A DNA stretch of 64,000 nucleotides from Camelus dromedarius (Eukaryota). Positions 1-13,119 of the stretch are shown piece by piece. Location of the stretch: positions 13,456,001 through 13,520,000 of the forward strand of contig NC_087438.1 in assembly GCF_036321535.1 (NCBI RefSeq). Reading direction: 5' to 3'. A model generated the notes under the pieces. The model was not told the origin of the DNA. It searched no databases and saw only the letters and a program-made list of their open reading frames with translations. A program made the position numbers and the translations under genes. The stretch's first letter is position 1, and the number at the start of each line of letters is the position of its first letter.

Positions 1-470
1 CAATTGACCACAGATGAGCCAGTCTATTTCTGGACTCTCAGTTTTCTTCCATTTATCTTTCCTTTATCAATATTGCAGCTTCTAAATTAGTATATCTTCT
101 TTGTAAATCTCCATGGCAGGTAATGTAAGACCTCCAAATATGTGCGTTTTAAAAAAATAGGATTATTTTAGATCCTTTGCTTTTCCATCAAGTTTTAGAT
201 TAAAATAGTCAGTTTCTTGATGGGGGGGGAAAGGGAGAACTTCTGACATTTTGATTGGGAATGCATTAAATCCATAAATAAATCTAACAAGTTTTGAAAT
301 CTTAATGATACTGAATTTTTTAAGGTATGAGCACTTATCCTCTTGTTAGTTTGGGTTCCCTTTAAGTGATGGCTAAATGCTGCTTTGTAGTTCTTGGCAG
401 TCTTGAAAGTTTTCCACACAGAGGTCTTGAACATTTTACAGTCAATTTGTTTTTGATGATATTTTAAAAT
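1..470 (-). mobile_element. Old L1 (L1M) ORF2 fragment
   Basis: Antisense L1 ORF2 motifs (gtctatttctggactctc; gatcctttgcttttccat; ttttgattgggaatgcattaaatccata); similar to the copy at ~7810-8095. Confidence 0.8.
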
Positions 471-475
471 GATAT

Positions 476-635
476 TGTGTGTATATGCATAAATTATATG
501 TATAATTCATATACATAAATATATCTGTAATTAACAAATGTATCATGTTAGATTTTTTGATATAACATGTATGTGTGCTTATTATATGTATAGTATAATG
601 CATATGTATAAACACATACATATATACACACACAT
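476..635. repeat. TA/TG/CA-rich low-complexity tract
   Basis: Degenerate alternating dinucleotides seen directly. Confidence 0.7.
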
Positions 636-659
636 TACTTTATGATCTACACAAGTATT

Positions 660-950
660 TGCTGAAAGACACACCTACAGCTACAATGAGCACCATACAA
701 AATAGTGTCCCAGGAGAACGGGTACCTAGAAAACAGTAAAAGAGCTGCCTAGAAGGAGCCAGCAAAAGAGGCGCTCAGTGTAGAGCTGATGCTTGCCTGT
801 CTACTTCAGATGGAAACCAAGCAGCCTCAGCTTTAGCTGGGTGTTCATTTCTAAGTTCCTGATGTATGTTAGCTGTTTCACCGAATTTTTTATATTAACC
901 TACAACATGGGTTTTGGCCTGTAACCATGTCTGAGAAACACAATCTGACA
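660..950 (+). mobile_element. Probable ancient ERVL-type LTR fragment
   Basis: Higher-GC block ending ...aatctgaca; family not resolved. Confidence 0.3.
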
Positions 951-2177
951 TCCAGAACTTAATCCTTACAGGATTTGATTTATGGCAACTGTCTTTTCTT
1001 CTTGATGAGCATCCATTTTACCCAAACCAGGATGACTTAGCAGACCTGAGAGTCAGTGAAATTTCAACCTGCTGCTCTCTCTCTCTCTCTCTCACAATTT
1101 CCCCCCTCCTTTTCTTACTGAAATATGAAATAAAACTAATGCTATGTGAATACTTGTGGGAAGTTATAAAGAAAATATCTCCCTAATCCAACTTTTTTTT
1201 TCACATACAGCATTCACAATTACCTCTGTAATTCAGATTGTATATTTTATTTCATGTTGTCTTTTATTTTCCTTTCTTGGTGACAATATGATGTATGTAT
1301 ATACACAACTGTAACTTAAATTCATTGTTTATTTTTAAGATATTTAAAACAACCAAAATGTTGCAATAGTAATAGACACTATATAGATATATATATACAC
1401 ATACACACACAATACACATGCATACTATATTCAATTAATTTTGATCAATAAGAATATTTTATACCAGAATAAAGGGAAGTAAGTTCACAAAGAATATCTG
1501 TGTCTATTTAATTTCACGATAAGAATCTTAAATTTCTATAAAGAGAGGGGTGTTTAGAGTGTTAGAAAGAATATAGCATAATAAAAATATATTGTTCAAA
1601 TGAGATATATTTTGAGAATTTGGTCTAATGAATCAATTGGGAAGCAACTAAAGGTCAGGAAGTATTTTAAAATTTAAATGTGAGATTGTGAAGGCGTTAT
1701 TTTTTTGACATGGTTACTTTATACATATCTTCAGAGAAATGAATGTTATTGCATTAGCAAAACAAATTATACTGCAAATAGGTATGGAAAATATTTCTTC
1801 GGCAGTGAAATATATATGATAGTAGGTGTTTTGAAAATATGTTATTATATTTGGCACAAGTATCAAATAACTAAAAATATTTTGTAAAAGGTTAGAATAC
1901 ACAGACCAAAAAATGGAAATTTAGATTAATGAAATATGTCTAACGAAAGACTAGCAGTGATTTCCAGAAGTCAGAGAAATTGTAAATGTGTAAATAATTG
2001 TAATATTATGATAATTAAGTGCCTCAGACTCAAAGCATATGGATTTTCAGAATAAAAGTCATATTTACAAGACAAACTTAAGGTCTTCCTCTCTCTGTGA
2101 GTCCTCAGCAGTGAGAAGGTTTTTTAGGACTATTGCTGACCCAGTCCAACCCCTGAGCAAAGTGAGTATTTCCTTAC

Positions 2178-2223
2178 CTCATCTTTCTCATACGTCTTTT
2201 ATAACTTTGTCTTTCAACATTCT
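2178..2223 (-). other. Candidate 46-nt exon (unidentified transcript)
   Basis: Minus strand ttattcttttgcag|AGA...GAG|gtaagg; one open frame (NVERQSYKRRMRKM). Confidence 0.22.
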
Positions 2224-2828
2224 CTGCAAAAGAATAAGCCAGTAACACCTGGGCAACAACCAGATTAAATCTGGTGCAAAACACGTTAATCACGACCATA
2301 TTCCTACATTAACACTTTGATATTCCTCTTAGCTCAGTTTTTCTTTTTCTCTTATTATCAATAGTTATTTAACATATTTATATGTATCAATGAAGGCATT
2401 CAATTGAGTATCAAAAATTTTTAAGACTAAATACACTTTTCTTTCTGGTCATTTTGGTTTCAGCTAGTATCAAACCACATAAGGAGTTTCAAATCAGCCT
2501 TATTAAATATTTTATTATCTGTTTTACTATTATATCTATAAACCTACAGACCGTTTGCTATCCCTAATGTGATGACATTAGAAGGATTTACAGTTATAAG
2601 AGAAATCAGTTATAATTATTTTCCTTGTATAATTATTTTCTGAAATCTTCTAGATTTCAACAAAGCCTCTGACAACAGCCACCGAAAATTGTTTGCCCAC
2701 CTTCCTCTCCCTTGATATTCTGTTTATTCACTTAGCTAATTTCCCAAGATATAAATCCATTTTCTTTAATCACATTGGTAATGTGTTCTCTTTTAACCTG
2801 CTTCCAGATTTGTGAGTTTGTCACCAGT

Positions 2829-3419
2829 TGTGGGTTCTGGCCAGCAGAAGTCCCACGGAGAAGGAATGAATTACTCCAGACTGGGGAAAAGTCAAGAGAG
2901 CGAGAGGGAGCCAACTCCATGGGCCTCTCAAATCTCTCATATTTACTGAGTACAGTTGAAGCAGGAATTTAGGGAAGGACAGGGTGGGATCACAATGAGT
3001 ACAAAGGCTTTGTTTATTGTTGGTGTTTGGCTCAAGGTCAGAAGACCCTTTTTGGTGAATCATAATTGTGTTGAGACTTTCAGCTTATCAGGGCGGAAAG
3101 TATGAGAATCAGCTGCTTGACAAGATTTTCCTGGACTCAGGCGACTATGCCTGTCTCAGATTGCCCCCTCAGGGGGGTCTTACCGGTCATTGGCTAACCA
3201 GCCTTCTCACCTCTGGGTCTGCTGCTTTCTATAAGTTGTTTACCTTTCCAGCCCAAGGCTGTTTTGGGGATAGAAGACTAACCGCAGGCACACCCAGCAT
3301 TTATAGCCGGGGGCCTGGGTTGTTGCTAAAACCTCAAGGCAGTTACTAAGCACATTTTCCTTAAGGAGATAAGTGGCTGGGATTGTTACAATTTGTTAAC
3401 CCAATCATGGGCTCCCACA
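2829..3419 (-). mobile_element. ERV1-class solo LTR
   Basis: Termini TGTGGG...CCCACA (6-bp inverted); flanks cagt/caga (4-bp TSD, 1 mismatch); GC/CpG richer than flanks; strand inferred from minus-strand AATAAA/AGTAAA. Confidence 0.8.
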
Positions 3420-4199
3420 CAGATTTTCACCTCTTCATACAGAAGATGCATAGAGACCTATGAAGATATCAAATTATTGCCCCTCCCACTGCCTTCCTTT
3501 TTTTTCCTACTGAATCCTGTCTTGAACACTATAATTCATACTTCATTATAATTCACTATAATTCATAGTTCAAAAAACAATTCTGCTGCCAACTGTTAGT
3601 ACAACAGTTTGAATTGCTAAGATAAATTACATGAATCACAAATGTTTCCCAACTCCAAACTTACTGATTTAAAAGATGGTTCAAAATTCAACGCACAGAC
3701 AAAATATTGTTTTCCTTGAGAAGTGTGAAATCTATGAGAACTACCAAACTTGTGTCTTTTTTTTTTTCTTTTCTGCACTAGGACAAATTTTGGCTCATTC
3801 TCTATGCAGTCATATCCTGTAAATCCATAAAATGTTATGTTTGCTTACAATCTGAAGATACTGGCTTTATCCTGGTAAAGTAATCTTTATGAATGGAGAC
3901 TCCTCTTTTCACTGTTAAATGCCATTAGCATGTGTATAGGCAGATCTGGTCCAGATCATTAACTTACCACTTGAAGGTCTTTTCTCCTGACTTCCCTAGC
4001 AGAGAAGGAACAGCTTCCAAACCAATGTTTTATATTTTACTCCCACAGACCATATTTTTTTCTTAGTGCAATGGAATTTGGACAATATTTTTAAATACTC
4101 AGAACATTGACGTAAAGTTAGTATATTTCTTAGTCTGTCCTCATTCATCAAAGGCCAAATATGGACTTTGGCGTTGAGAGAGGAAACATCTACTCACTG

Positions 4200-4392
4200 A
4201 GAGACGAGCTCTGTAGCCATATGCTCTGGACTGGGATCCTGACTCTGACAATGACTACTTATATAATTTTGTACAAATTCTTAATTTTTCTTACTTTAGT
4301 TCCCCTATTTGTCAGTTGGGGATATTAATACCACCTAATTCATAAGGTCAATGTGAATGTTAAATAAATCAATGCAAATAAAGCCCTTAGGA
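4200..4392 (+). mobile_element. MIR SINE
   Basis: Degenerate MIR core (atcctgactctgac...ttagttcccctatttgtcagttggggatattaatacc...aaagcccttag). Confidence 0.7.
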
Positions 4393-5882
4393 TGTATGTG
4401 ACTCATTTTAATTTCTTGATCAAAGTTAGCTCTCCTGAGCTGTTATACCCCCATGCCAGAGAGCCACCTTGTGTTCAGATTGAAATAACTGCACTCATTT
4501 CTTCTGTCCATTTTCAAGCCCTTCAGTTGTTCTCAGCTTTGCATTTTGGTTACTCTTACGATACACACTGCTTTATTTTTTATTTTTTTACTTCTTCGGA
4601 AAACCACAAGTCTGTGCCTAAATTTTGTATCCTTTTAGAAACAATCAAATCCTTTAGTGACATCACCAATCCCAAACTGTAAGCTAAAATTGAAGCACTG
4701 GATTTAATGTAATCCCTGGATAAAGATATTCTATGTTAGAAAATGTCTTCATCCCTTAACAATAGATGTATATTTCTCCTAATATTGCTCAGGAGCAGCA
4801 GCAAGCAGTTCAGTCTGACATTTAAAACCAGACTACTTTCAACTTGCATATTCATTCTGGAAGATTTCCAACCTGTACTGCAGCTAGGCACTATCTTAAT
4901 TCATCTGGGTCCTGATTTAGCTGTGTTTGCTCAGGCAAAATTTCTGCCTAAAGTTCCATTGACTCTGAGGTCAATAAAATCTTTGCATATATAAATCCTG
5001 ATGAGTCAGTTCTTGAATAAGCATCTCAGTTTCTGTCAGTGTGATTCCTACTGTTGAATAGCCAAATGTATTTTATGAAGGATTTCAAATGACTTTATGA
5101 AGACAAGAGTTAGCCATTGGGCAGGACACTTGAAATTAAATACAAGAGAAACATAACAGTCTTTCAAAACACTTTCCCTTCAATTTTTAATCTGTAAATA
5201 ATAGTGGGTAGATTTAGTTAAAAGCATCTCATATGTGCATTCTGTCACTACTGATATTTGCATTTTAAACGTGTATGTATAATGCAATGCCACCACTTTT
5301 GCTCTCTGTGTTGCATGAATAGTAGAAAAATGAATCATCTGCTTGTTGCCTATTAAAACATAACACGAAATACTATTGAAATAGATATGCCATAAAATTT
5401 GCTAGAATTCTCCACATTCCATTGCAAATATACAAAGATGAGAGAGGGTATAATCTAATGAGGATAATGAAGTCTTTCCAGCATCTTCCATGGTACCAAG
5501 CCTTCTGGAAATTAGTGCTCTCAATATATACAAATTTGATTAGACTCGGAGAATTTATTCAAAATCATCTGATGTACAAAATGAGAATATAAGTAGTGAA
5601 CCTAAAATTAAAAAAGTAAGAACAGAGAATTTTATCCTCAAAATGTATACTAGCAATGAGAAAATGTTATAGGAAGCAAATGATCTAGGTAAAGGGAGAT
5701 GCGTGGTGTTGAGGGATGCAGTGGTCCCTTCACATTTTCTGGGATGTATCTTAAGAATTTTACCAATCACCGATACACCAATTGGGAAAAAGGAAGGAAC
5801 TGAATTTACACTAAAATATCATCTAATAAGGATTGAATTACCCAGAGCCTATTTACAGAAGTGTGGATGGTGTATGGGCCAC

Positions 5883-6270
5883 TGTATCAGTTAAATCTTG
5901 CTGTAAAACAAAGCTCCTCAAGATTTTGTGTCTTAAACCAACAGCCATATATAGTTCAAAATTTTGTACTTTGATATTTGGGGGTGGACTCAGCTGTTGA
6001 GGGGAGGTTCTTATAGTTGTAGCTTGTCTCACTCATTTATCTGTGGTCACTTCCCAGGGCTTGGTAGGTGGCTGTCCAGGATAGGAGGCCTCAACAAGGC
6101 TCAAACTCTGTCCATATGATCTCTCATTCACTGCTAGGCGAGCCCGAGTCTGTTCGCATGGTGGCTGGACAGGGATACAAGGCAAACAGCAGAAACATGA
6201 AAGGCATTTGAGAACTACACTCAAAATTGGCCAATTGCCACTTCATTTATTTTTGCACAAAGCACTTCAA
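5883..6270 (-). mobile_element. MaLR LTR (MLT1F/G-like)
   Basis: Starts tgtatcagtta...gctgtaaaacaaa, has MLT1-type ggactcagctg and catggtggctgg motifs. Confidence 0.7.
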
Positions 6271-6479
6271 AATTTATCATCAGAGAAACACGTCATCAAT
6301 TTTTCTTTAAAGCTTTTATATTCACTGAAATGATTCAGAGGGAGGCTGCCCATGTCCAGAGGATGTCCCAAAGTTCACGGCCATAGACATGATGGCAACA
6401 GATCAAGAATTTGTCAATCTTAACAATTAACAGATTATCAAGGATTAACAGGTAGCTGGGAAAAAAACTATAATTAAAA

Positions 6480-7060
6480 AAAAATAAAAACTAGGTTAAA
6501 AAACAGAAAAAAAGAAGAAAGAAAGAAAGCTAGAAATTAATGCAATGGAAATGGAAATAGTAGAAAAAGAGACATAAGAAAAAAAAAAAACCTCAGATTA
6601 AAAATAGAACTGTCAGAAACAGAACAATATGAAAAAAATGGAATTTTTGCAGCTACAGTGAGTAGATTTTCCAGAACATAGAATCAAATGACAAAGATGA
6701 AAAGTTTTGGAAAAGATAAGACCCATAGATAATCAATCAATGTTGACATTTCAACAACAGTGTAAGATGTATTACAGAAAGAGAAGAACACAAAAATTGA
6801 AGAGAAGAAACTCATCACTTGAAATCCTCTTATATTTCTTAGACTAACATCAAAATTTTCAAATGGAGAGGACCCAGCTATTACCCAGTATAGTGAGTTA
6901 TAAAGACTCTTTCCCAAAACCATTGTGAAAATTCTGTTATAACAATGATAAATAATAGATTCTAGAAGCTTTCAGTAAGGAATCACAAGAGCAAGCCAAC
7001 ACATTAACAAACATATCGAAAAGAATGAGAATTAGACTGTGTTTGACTTTGTAACATGCT
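6480..7060 (+). mobile_element. Ancient L1 ORF1/HAL1-like fragment
   Basis: A-rich degenerate ORF1-like text incl. attctagaagctttcag and agaattagactg...gacttt. Confidence 0.5.
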
Positions 7061-7234
7061 TCACAGCTGAATAAATATCTGTGACCCTGTATTGTTAGTT
7101 ACTTGAAGTTGGTGGCTTGTTTGATTCTTTCGCCACTATATTCAAAACTATTCATGCTGTTTCTGAAGCAATATATGCCGCTAGTAAATATTTAGCCCAA
7201 AATACTTAATGTTTCAAGTGGACTTTGAAAATAC

Positions 7235-8095
7235 GCATGGGGTGTAGAATCGTTTTTAACTTGTTTTAATTTGCAATTCCCCAATGACTTACGAAGTAGA
7301 ATAGCTTTTCACAGGCTTATCTGTCATCTGTATGTCTTCTTCGGTGAGGTGTGTTAAGACCTTTGGCCCATTTTCTAATTGGATTGTTCATTTTCTTCTT
7401 GTTGAGTTTTAAGAGCTCTTTATAGATTTTGAATAACAATACTTTATCTGTAACTCTGTGGCAGACATTTTCTCCCTCTCTGTGACAGGTCTTCTCATTC
7501 CCTTGACAGTATATTTTCTTTAAAGCAGAGCTTGTGATTTTAATAAAATTCAGCTAATCAATTCCTTCTTTCCTGGGTCTTGCCTTTGGTGCTGAATGTA
7601 AAAGTCATCACCAAATCCAACGTCATCTGGATTTCTTCCATGTTATCTTCTAGGCATTTTATGCTTTAGCATTTGACACTGAGACTTCTCATTCATTCTG
7701 AGTTAATTTTTGTGAAAAATGTCTGTATCTAGATTCAGTTTGTTCAGTTGTTCTAGCGCCATTTGTTGAAAAGACTATCTTTTCTCCATTGCATTGCCTT
7801 TGCTCCTTTGTCACCGGTCTACTTCTGGGTGCTCTGTTCTGGTCCAGTGACAACAACCAGTAGTTGTCTGTGCTGTCACATTATCTTGATTACTGTAGCT
7901 TTCTAGTCTTAAACTTAGTGTCCGTTTTCTCTGTTTTTCTCTTTCAAATATTGTGTTGGCTATTCTAGATCTTTTGCTTCTATGTGTAAATTTTAAAAAC
8001 AGTTTATCAATACTGAAAAAATAACTTGCTGGGCTTTTGATTTGAGCTGCATTAAATCTATAGATCAAGTTGGGAAGAATGAACATCTTGTCAAA
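7235..8095 (-). mobile_element. L1 (L1MB/MC-age) ORF2 3' fragment
   Basis: ORF 7811..8086 reads LPNLIYRFNAAQIKSPASYF, typical of L1 ORF2; multiple stops and frameshifts. Confidence 0.9.
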
Positions 8096-8959
8096 TTTAT
8101 ATTTTTTTAATGAAATTTAGAATCACTCTGACTCTTCTTGCCTCTCATTAGGGCTTAAAATGTAATCATGTACACTTACATGGTATTTTGAGAAGTATTT
8201 ACATCTTTTCATTTTGTCTTACTGTTTAATAAAATGTTTGCTGTCTCTTAACGTATACAAATACTCCTTTGAGTCTAAAATAAACTTTGTCTATTCACAC
8301 ACATTTTGTTAAATTCATCTTACTTTGCTAGCTAACTATGATATTATCTTAAGAATTGACAAGTATTTTATACATCATCCATTATTTTCTACATACTTAA
8401 ATGGTATATATAATACAGGGGCATTTACTTTCTAAGATGTTTTAAAAACATAGGTTAAACATTCTGTCTCCTAAGTCTTCTAAATATTTTTCTTTAGTAG
8501 TTTTGTGGTTTTTACACCTGTGTTATCTGTTTAGAATCCCAGACATATATAAACCAGGAGGCAGCTCATATGAGAGATTAGCTTATTGTCCGGTTTACTT
8601 GTGTAAAATTAATATCAACAGGGGCAGCAGGTAAGGTTGACTGTTCCAGGTCTGGCTACGTCTCCTCCAGGTAACTGGCTTCCTTCCAGACCCTGCTGTT
8701 CTGCTCACCATAAACAGGGTTGTCTGGAAGACCTTCAAGATCTCATGCCAAGAAACACTTCTCAGAACCATGAAACCTTATGTGTATGTGAATCCCCTAC
8801 CCAGCAGTGATCTTCACGTCCCACAAAACACAAACACACTCATGTTTTGGGACTTTAATCGGAAACCAGGCAGTGTTGTCCTCAAATAGAACATCTGGAG
8901 CCAGTTGCTTTGCTTTTGCACCAAAACTTTGCTATTTATCTGTTAGGGGGTACTTGGGA

Positions 8960-9085
8960 AGCTTACTATGTCTCTTTGTGTCTCAGTCATCATTTGTATA
9001 AATGCAATTTAAATGCATTAATGGATCTAAAACACCTAGTACAATGTCTGACAATTAGCAAACACTAAAAGCACTTGTTATTAAT
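8960..9085 (+). mobile_element. MIR 3' fragment
   Basis: aaaacacctagtacaatgtctgacaattagcaaacactaaaa resembles the MIR tail. Confidence 0.55.
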
Positions 9086-9209
9086 CATTTGACTGGTTAA
9101 GTCAATACAACACAGAGTTGAGTGAGGAAAGAAAGACTGGACTATGGGAGATAAAGATACAAATTATCTTTCAGAAGAAAATTAAATGAAATGGAAACTC
9201 ATTTGCTTA

Positions 9210-9500
9210 GTCTTCATGGAAGAAATATGTCAATATGTATTAAAAAAAACTATGGTACTCTCATCTCAATAATTCTACTTTTAGTTATTCATGCTAAGAA
9301 CATATTTTATCTAAAAATATTCAAAGCAGTAATTATAAAAATAAAGCATGTTTCCAACAATAGGAGAATAGTTCATCTTAATTTTTGCATATCCATAAGA
9401 TGGACTATTGGTTCAGATTTAGAAATTATGTCCTAAATATCACTTATAACAGAAAATATTGATATTATAAAGTTATCTATATAAATTATAACAAAATAAA
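9210..9500 (+). mobile_element. Old L1ME fragment
   Basis: caataattctacttttag...tgtttccaacaataggagaatag resembles the L1ME ORF2 end/3' UTR. Confidence 0.45.
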
Positions 9501-10616
9501 CTTACATGTAGCATTAAATCCCACGTATATATTAACGTGAATTCACATGTAAAGAAAGAAATGGTGAAAGTTGTTTCAGAAATCCTCTTGTTAAATCTTT
9601 CTTTTGTGGGCTAGTGATCTTGTCATTCATTAAACATTTAATGACTTTTCCCCAATCTCTTTGAGAAAAAATAGGGCTAAGAAATCATCAGCGTTACTCT
9701 TTATTGTTTTCCGCTAAGTCCCAGTGAGATCCATGTGTAACTTTCTCCAATATATGAATTTCAAACTATTGTAATGAATTGAATATGAAATGCTTTCATT
9801 GTTTTTGGAGAAATCACTGTGTAAAAATTCTGCCAGCTTGCTACTGAGTGCTGGTTCTAAATAACACAGAAAGCCTGCTCATTCAATCTTCTACAAATGG
9901 GTAATGGAGTTATGATTGATTCTTATCACTGCCAATCACTTTTCCTTTAGAGAGGTTGTAAGAAGGTTGGAATACATACAAATCTGCTAGTTGTGGGTGG
10001 TTACTGGCAAATGCTTTGCATCTATGCTGTAAAGTGTTGGGAACAAGGTCCCCTTCTGACATAACTCATTCTCAAAAAGAGGATGAAAATCTCACAGGCG
10101 AATTTGAGCAATATGTTTAGAGCATCTTTATTTCCTACTATGGGAAGCCCTTCATACTTCCCACCACTAACTAGTTCTTAGTCACTGTGAACTGGTGAAT
10201 CATATAAAAATAAATGATACGTGATTTGCAGAATTTTGAGATTTTTCCTAGCAGTGTCATCAAAACAACCACCAGTCTGTCCCCAATCCCTACCATGTAC
10301 TTGAAGAGACTACAACCTCCAGGTTTCCACGTACCACTGGTATTTCCCATCTCCATGCTTTCTGACCTGTTGTTTTATGGCTATTTATAATACAGGGACC
10401 ATTTCTAAATATTTCACTAGTGGCCTTGAATGCAACTCTTCTGACTTTGAGGATTGGTTGCTCAGTGGGTGTTCTAGTTAGGATAAAGGAGGAAAGCAGT
10501 GGGAAGAAACACATGTTCTCTTCTGTTCTTTCACAGAGACAGGATTACTCTTCTTCCTGAGCCAAAATACAAGTATATCATCATTTTCTTCACTCAGCAT
10601 CTCTCCATTTACTTTT

Positions 10617-10830
10617 CTTTTCTTTTCTTTATCTTTTTCTTTTTTTTTTAAATTGAAGCACAGTTGATTTACAATGTTGTGCCGGTTTCGGGTATACAAG
10701 ATAGTGATTCAGTTATATGTATATATGTTCTTTTTCATATTATTTTTATTATAGATTATTACAAGCTGTTGAATATAGTTCCCTGTGCTATACAAACTAC
10801 TATTTACAAAACAGATAAATGACAAGGTCC
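10617..10830 (-). mobile_element. Cetartiodactyl-type L1 3' end with short 5' inversion
   Basis: T-rich tail, antisense 3' UTR to 10794, then ~36 nt in opposite orientation; TSD atttactttt (10607) / attcactttt (10831). Confidence 0.85.
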
Positions 10831-12147
10831 ATTCACTTTTTTATTCAGTGTATATTTTTCTAAGAGTTGAATAAAGGCTACCTTTCTCAAGTGTTAGTAT
10901 TTAAGAGAGATAATTTTTAGTTACAATTTTCTAGATGTTTAGTTGAAAGGTAGAAAATTCTTCATCAAGGCATGTTAGTACATAGTTACTATTGCAAACC
11001 AGAAGCCCATCTTAAGGGAATTGAATATAATTTGGAAATAAACTCGAATGCTACCCAAGCCTAGCTAAATACTCTCCATTATGATTTAAAATATCATGGC
11101 TTAAAAAAAAGCAGGTAATTTCAAAAGATCCATCTGTATAAGCTAAAAGGTAATTTAATCATAAAAAGCAAAAGGGTTTAGAAAATAAGTTCAGAAAAAT
11201 ATTCAGAGCACAAATTTTAATTAGCAGTATTTAATTAGACCAGGGATGTGTCTGCTGTCTGCTTTAGTTAGTACATGATACATAACCAGCAGAAAGTGAT
11301 GACAAATAGTTTGGGTTGGCAATTTGTTTGTGTCCAATACTAGGAATTTAAGATAGTAGCTAATACAAGGATTTTAGAGCCTTGACAAATGCTTTTCTCT
11401 ATCAAAAGGTTACTGGCTCAATGAAGACTCTACAGAAGGAATAAAAGTTGTTATGTGGTATCAGGTCTCGAATTAGATACATTTCTTTCCCTGGCTTAAC
11501 TCACCCACATACCACATCTTAAGAAAAAAGGAAAAGTAAAAGTTGTGATAAATTAGATGGAATTAAGGTTCCAGTGATTACCAACCATTTAATTTATATG
11601 AATTGCTAAATAGTTGCTTAATAAACACTCTACCTACGAGATTTTTCTAGACGTATTTTGATACGTATTCACAAGACATGCTGACTCGGGACACCATCCA
11701 CAGCACTTTTATTTTCTAAGCGTTTAATACTTTACACTGTCTACAGTGATTTATTATCATCACATCAAAGTGAAATATAACTTTTTCAAATGGAAGGCTT
11801 AGAAAATAATCAAGAACTGTCCACTTCTTTGAGAAAGCATTTGTTTCTGATATTCCTTTTTCACTGCACAATAACTGTTCAGCAGAGAGGGACTTTCACA
11901 GAATAGCAAATCTGTACAGACTTGCAATCCTCAAACTCTTGGCTCTAAAATGCAGACATTTTTCCTTTTAAAACACACAATGAGTATAAATACTTAACTG
12001 AAGCATCTGATTTCTAGTTGAAACCAAAATAAATTTAATCATTGAATCTCAGAAATTCTTAAATATATGTGATTGTTTAAACAACAAAGTTGAATGTTTA
12101 GAATTAATATATTATATATATTAGAAAAAATCTCACTTCTTTTAACT

Positions 12148-12270
12148 CTTTTTTGTTGTTTTCATATTCTTTTTCATTATAGGTTACTACAAGATATTTA
12201 ATACAGTTTCTTGTGCTGTACAGAAGAAATTTGTTGTTTTATCTGTTTTATATATAGTAGTTGCATATCT
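12148..12270 (-). mobile_element. L1 3' UTR fragment (cetartiodactyl-type)
   Basis: tttcattataggttactacaagatatt...tgtgctgtacagaagaaattt; matches other in-window copies. Confidence 0.8.
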
Positions 12271-12387
12271 TGAACACCCTCTTTCATGTCAGTTAGGCTG
12301 TAGACCTTAAGCCCTTAGGAGAGTATGTCTTATATTTACGTGTGTGTTTGTATATGTGTGTAAGTGCTTTGTGTATGTATGTAGATA

Positions 12388-12838
12388 TGTTTAAGGTTGG
12401 AGTTCCTTTGGGATGATTCTGAGACAAGGATTTGAAGGTGAGTGATTTATCTGGGATAGGATTTCAGAAAGCATTAGTAAGGTAAAGCAGGGGTACAGGA
12501 AGTGAACGAAATAAGCCAATGCAAGGGATACTGATGAATGGGTGACTGCTGGGTGCATCTTGGGCTCCGCAGTGCTGGGGACATCTAAGAGATGGTTCAG
12601 GACATGCCTCGGAGTCACCCCACCGAGAGAGGCAAAACTTGAGATGTTTGTGTACCAATTCAATTCTGTCATAGGTAGGGGCTGCTTCGAGGGGCATTAA
12701 CTGCTCAGCATTCTTAGTCTGAACTTCAGGCAGCCCAGAGAAAAGCTCTGGGCAGAGGGACAGGTGTTTGCAGTAAGAAGACACATTAGCAAAGAGTATC
12801 CAGGCTGTAAAGGCAGGGCACTAACGGCATGTGTTAGA
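12388..12838 (-). mobile_element. ERVL LTR (LTR16-like)
   Basis: ctgagacaaggatttga...tttatctggga; agccaatgcaaggg; ggggcattaact motifs of the LTR16 group. Confidence 0.7.
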
Positions 12839-13119
12839 ATTTACATGTGTAATTGTACACACTGATTTTAATAGCTAACTAATATGAAATGTAAATTCCA
12901 AGAACAAGAAAAGACATTAAGAAAAATAAGAACTACTTGATTATCAAAACAAAATTAATATAAGGGGAAAGCATCTCCACATGGATGTCAATAATTTAAT
13001 TAATTTTGAAGATAGGAGGTTTTATATTGATTCAGTAAAAATATGTGGTTGAACAGGAGTGCAAGACTAAGAAGAGAACCAGGATGGAGTTGGGTAGGTG
13101 CTGAAATAAGAAACTAACC

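Noticed and set aside
3527..3570. Triplicated (c)tataattca motif
   Set aside because: Short local slippage duplication; no spacer structure of a CRISPR-like array
5544..5615. Plus-strand open stretch TRRIYSKSSDVQNENISSEPKIKK ending at GTAAGA
   Set aside because: No polypyrimidine tract at the acceptor; composition explained by A-richness
8684..8729. Imperfect hairpin (ttccagaccctg...cagggttgtctggaa), plus small hairpins near 25590 and 55840
   Set aside because: Stems are too short for a pre-miRNA or known ncRNA and are expected by chance in 64 kb
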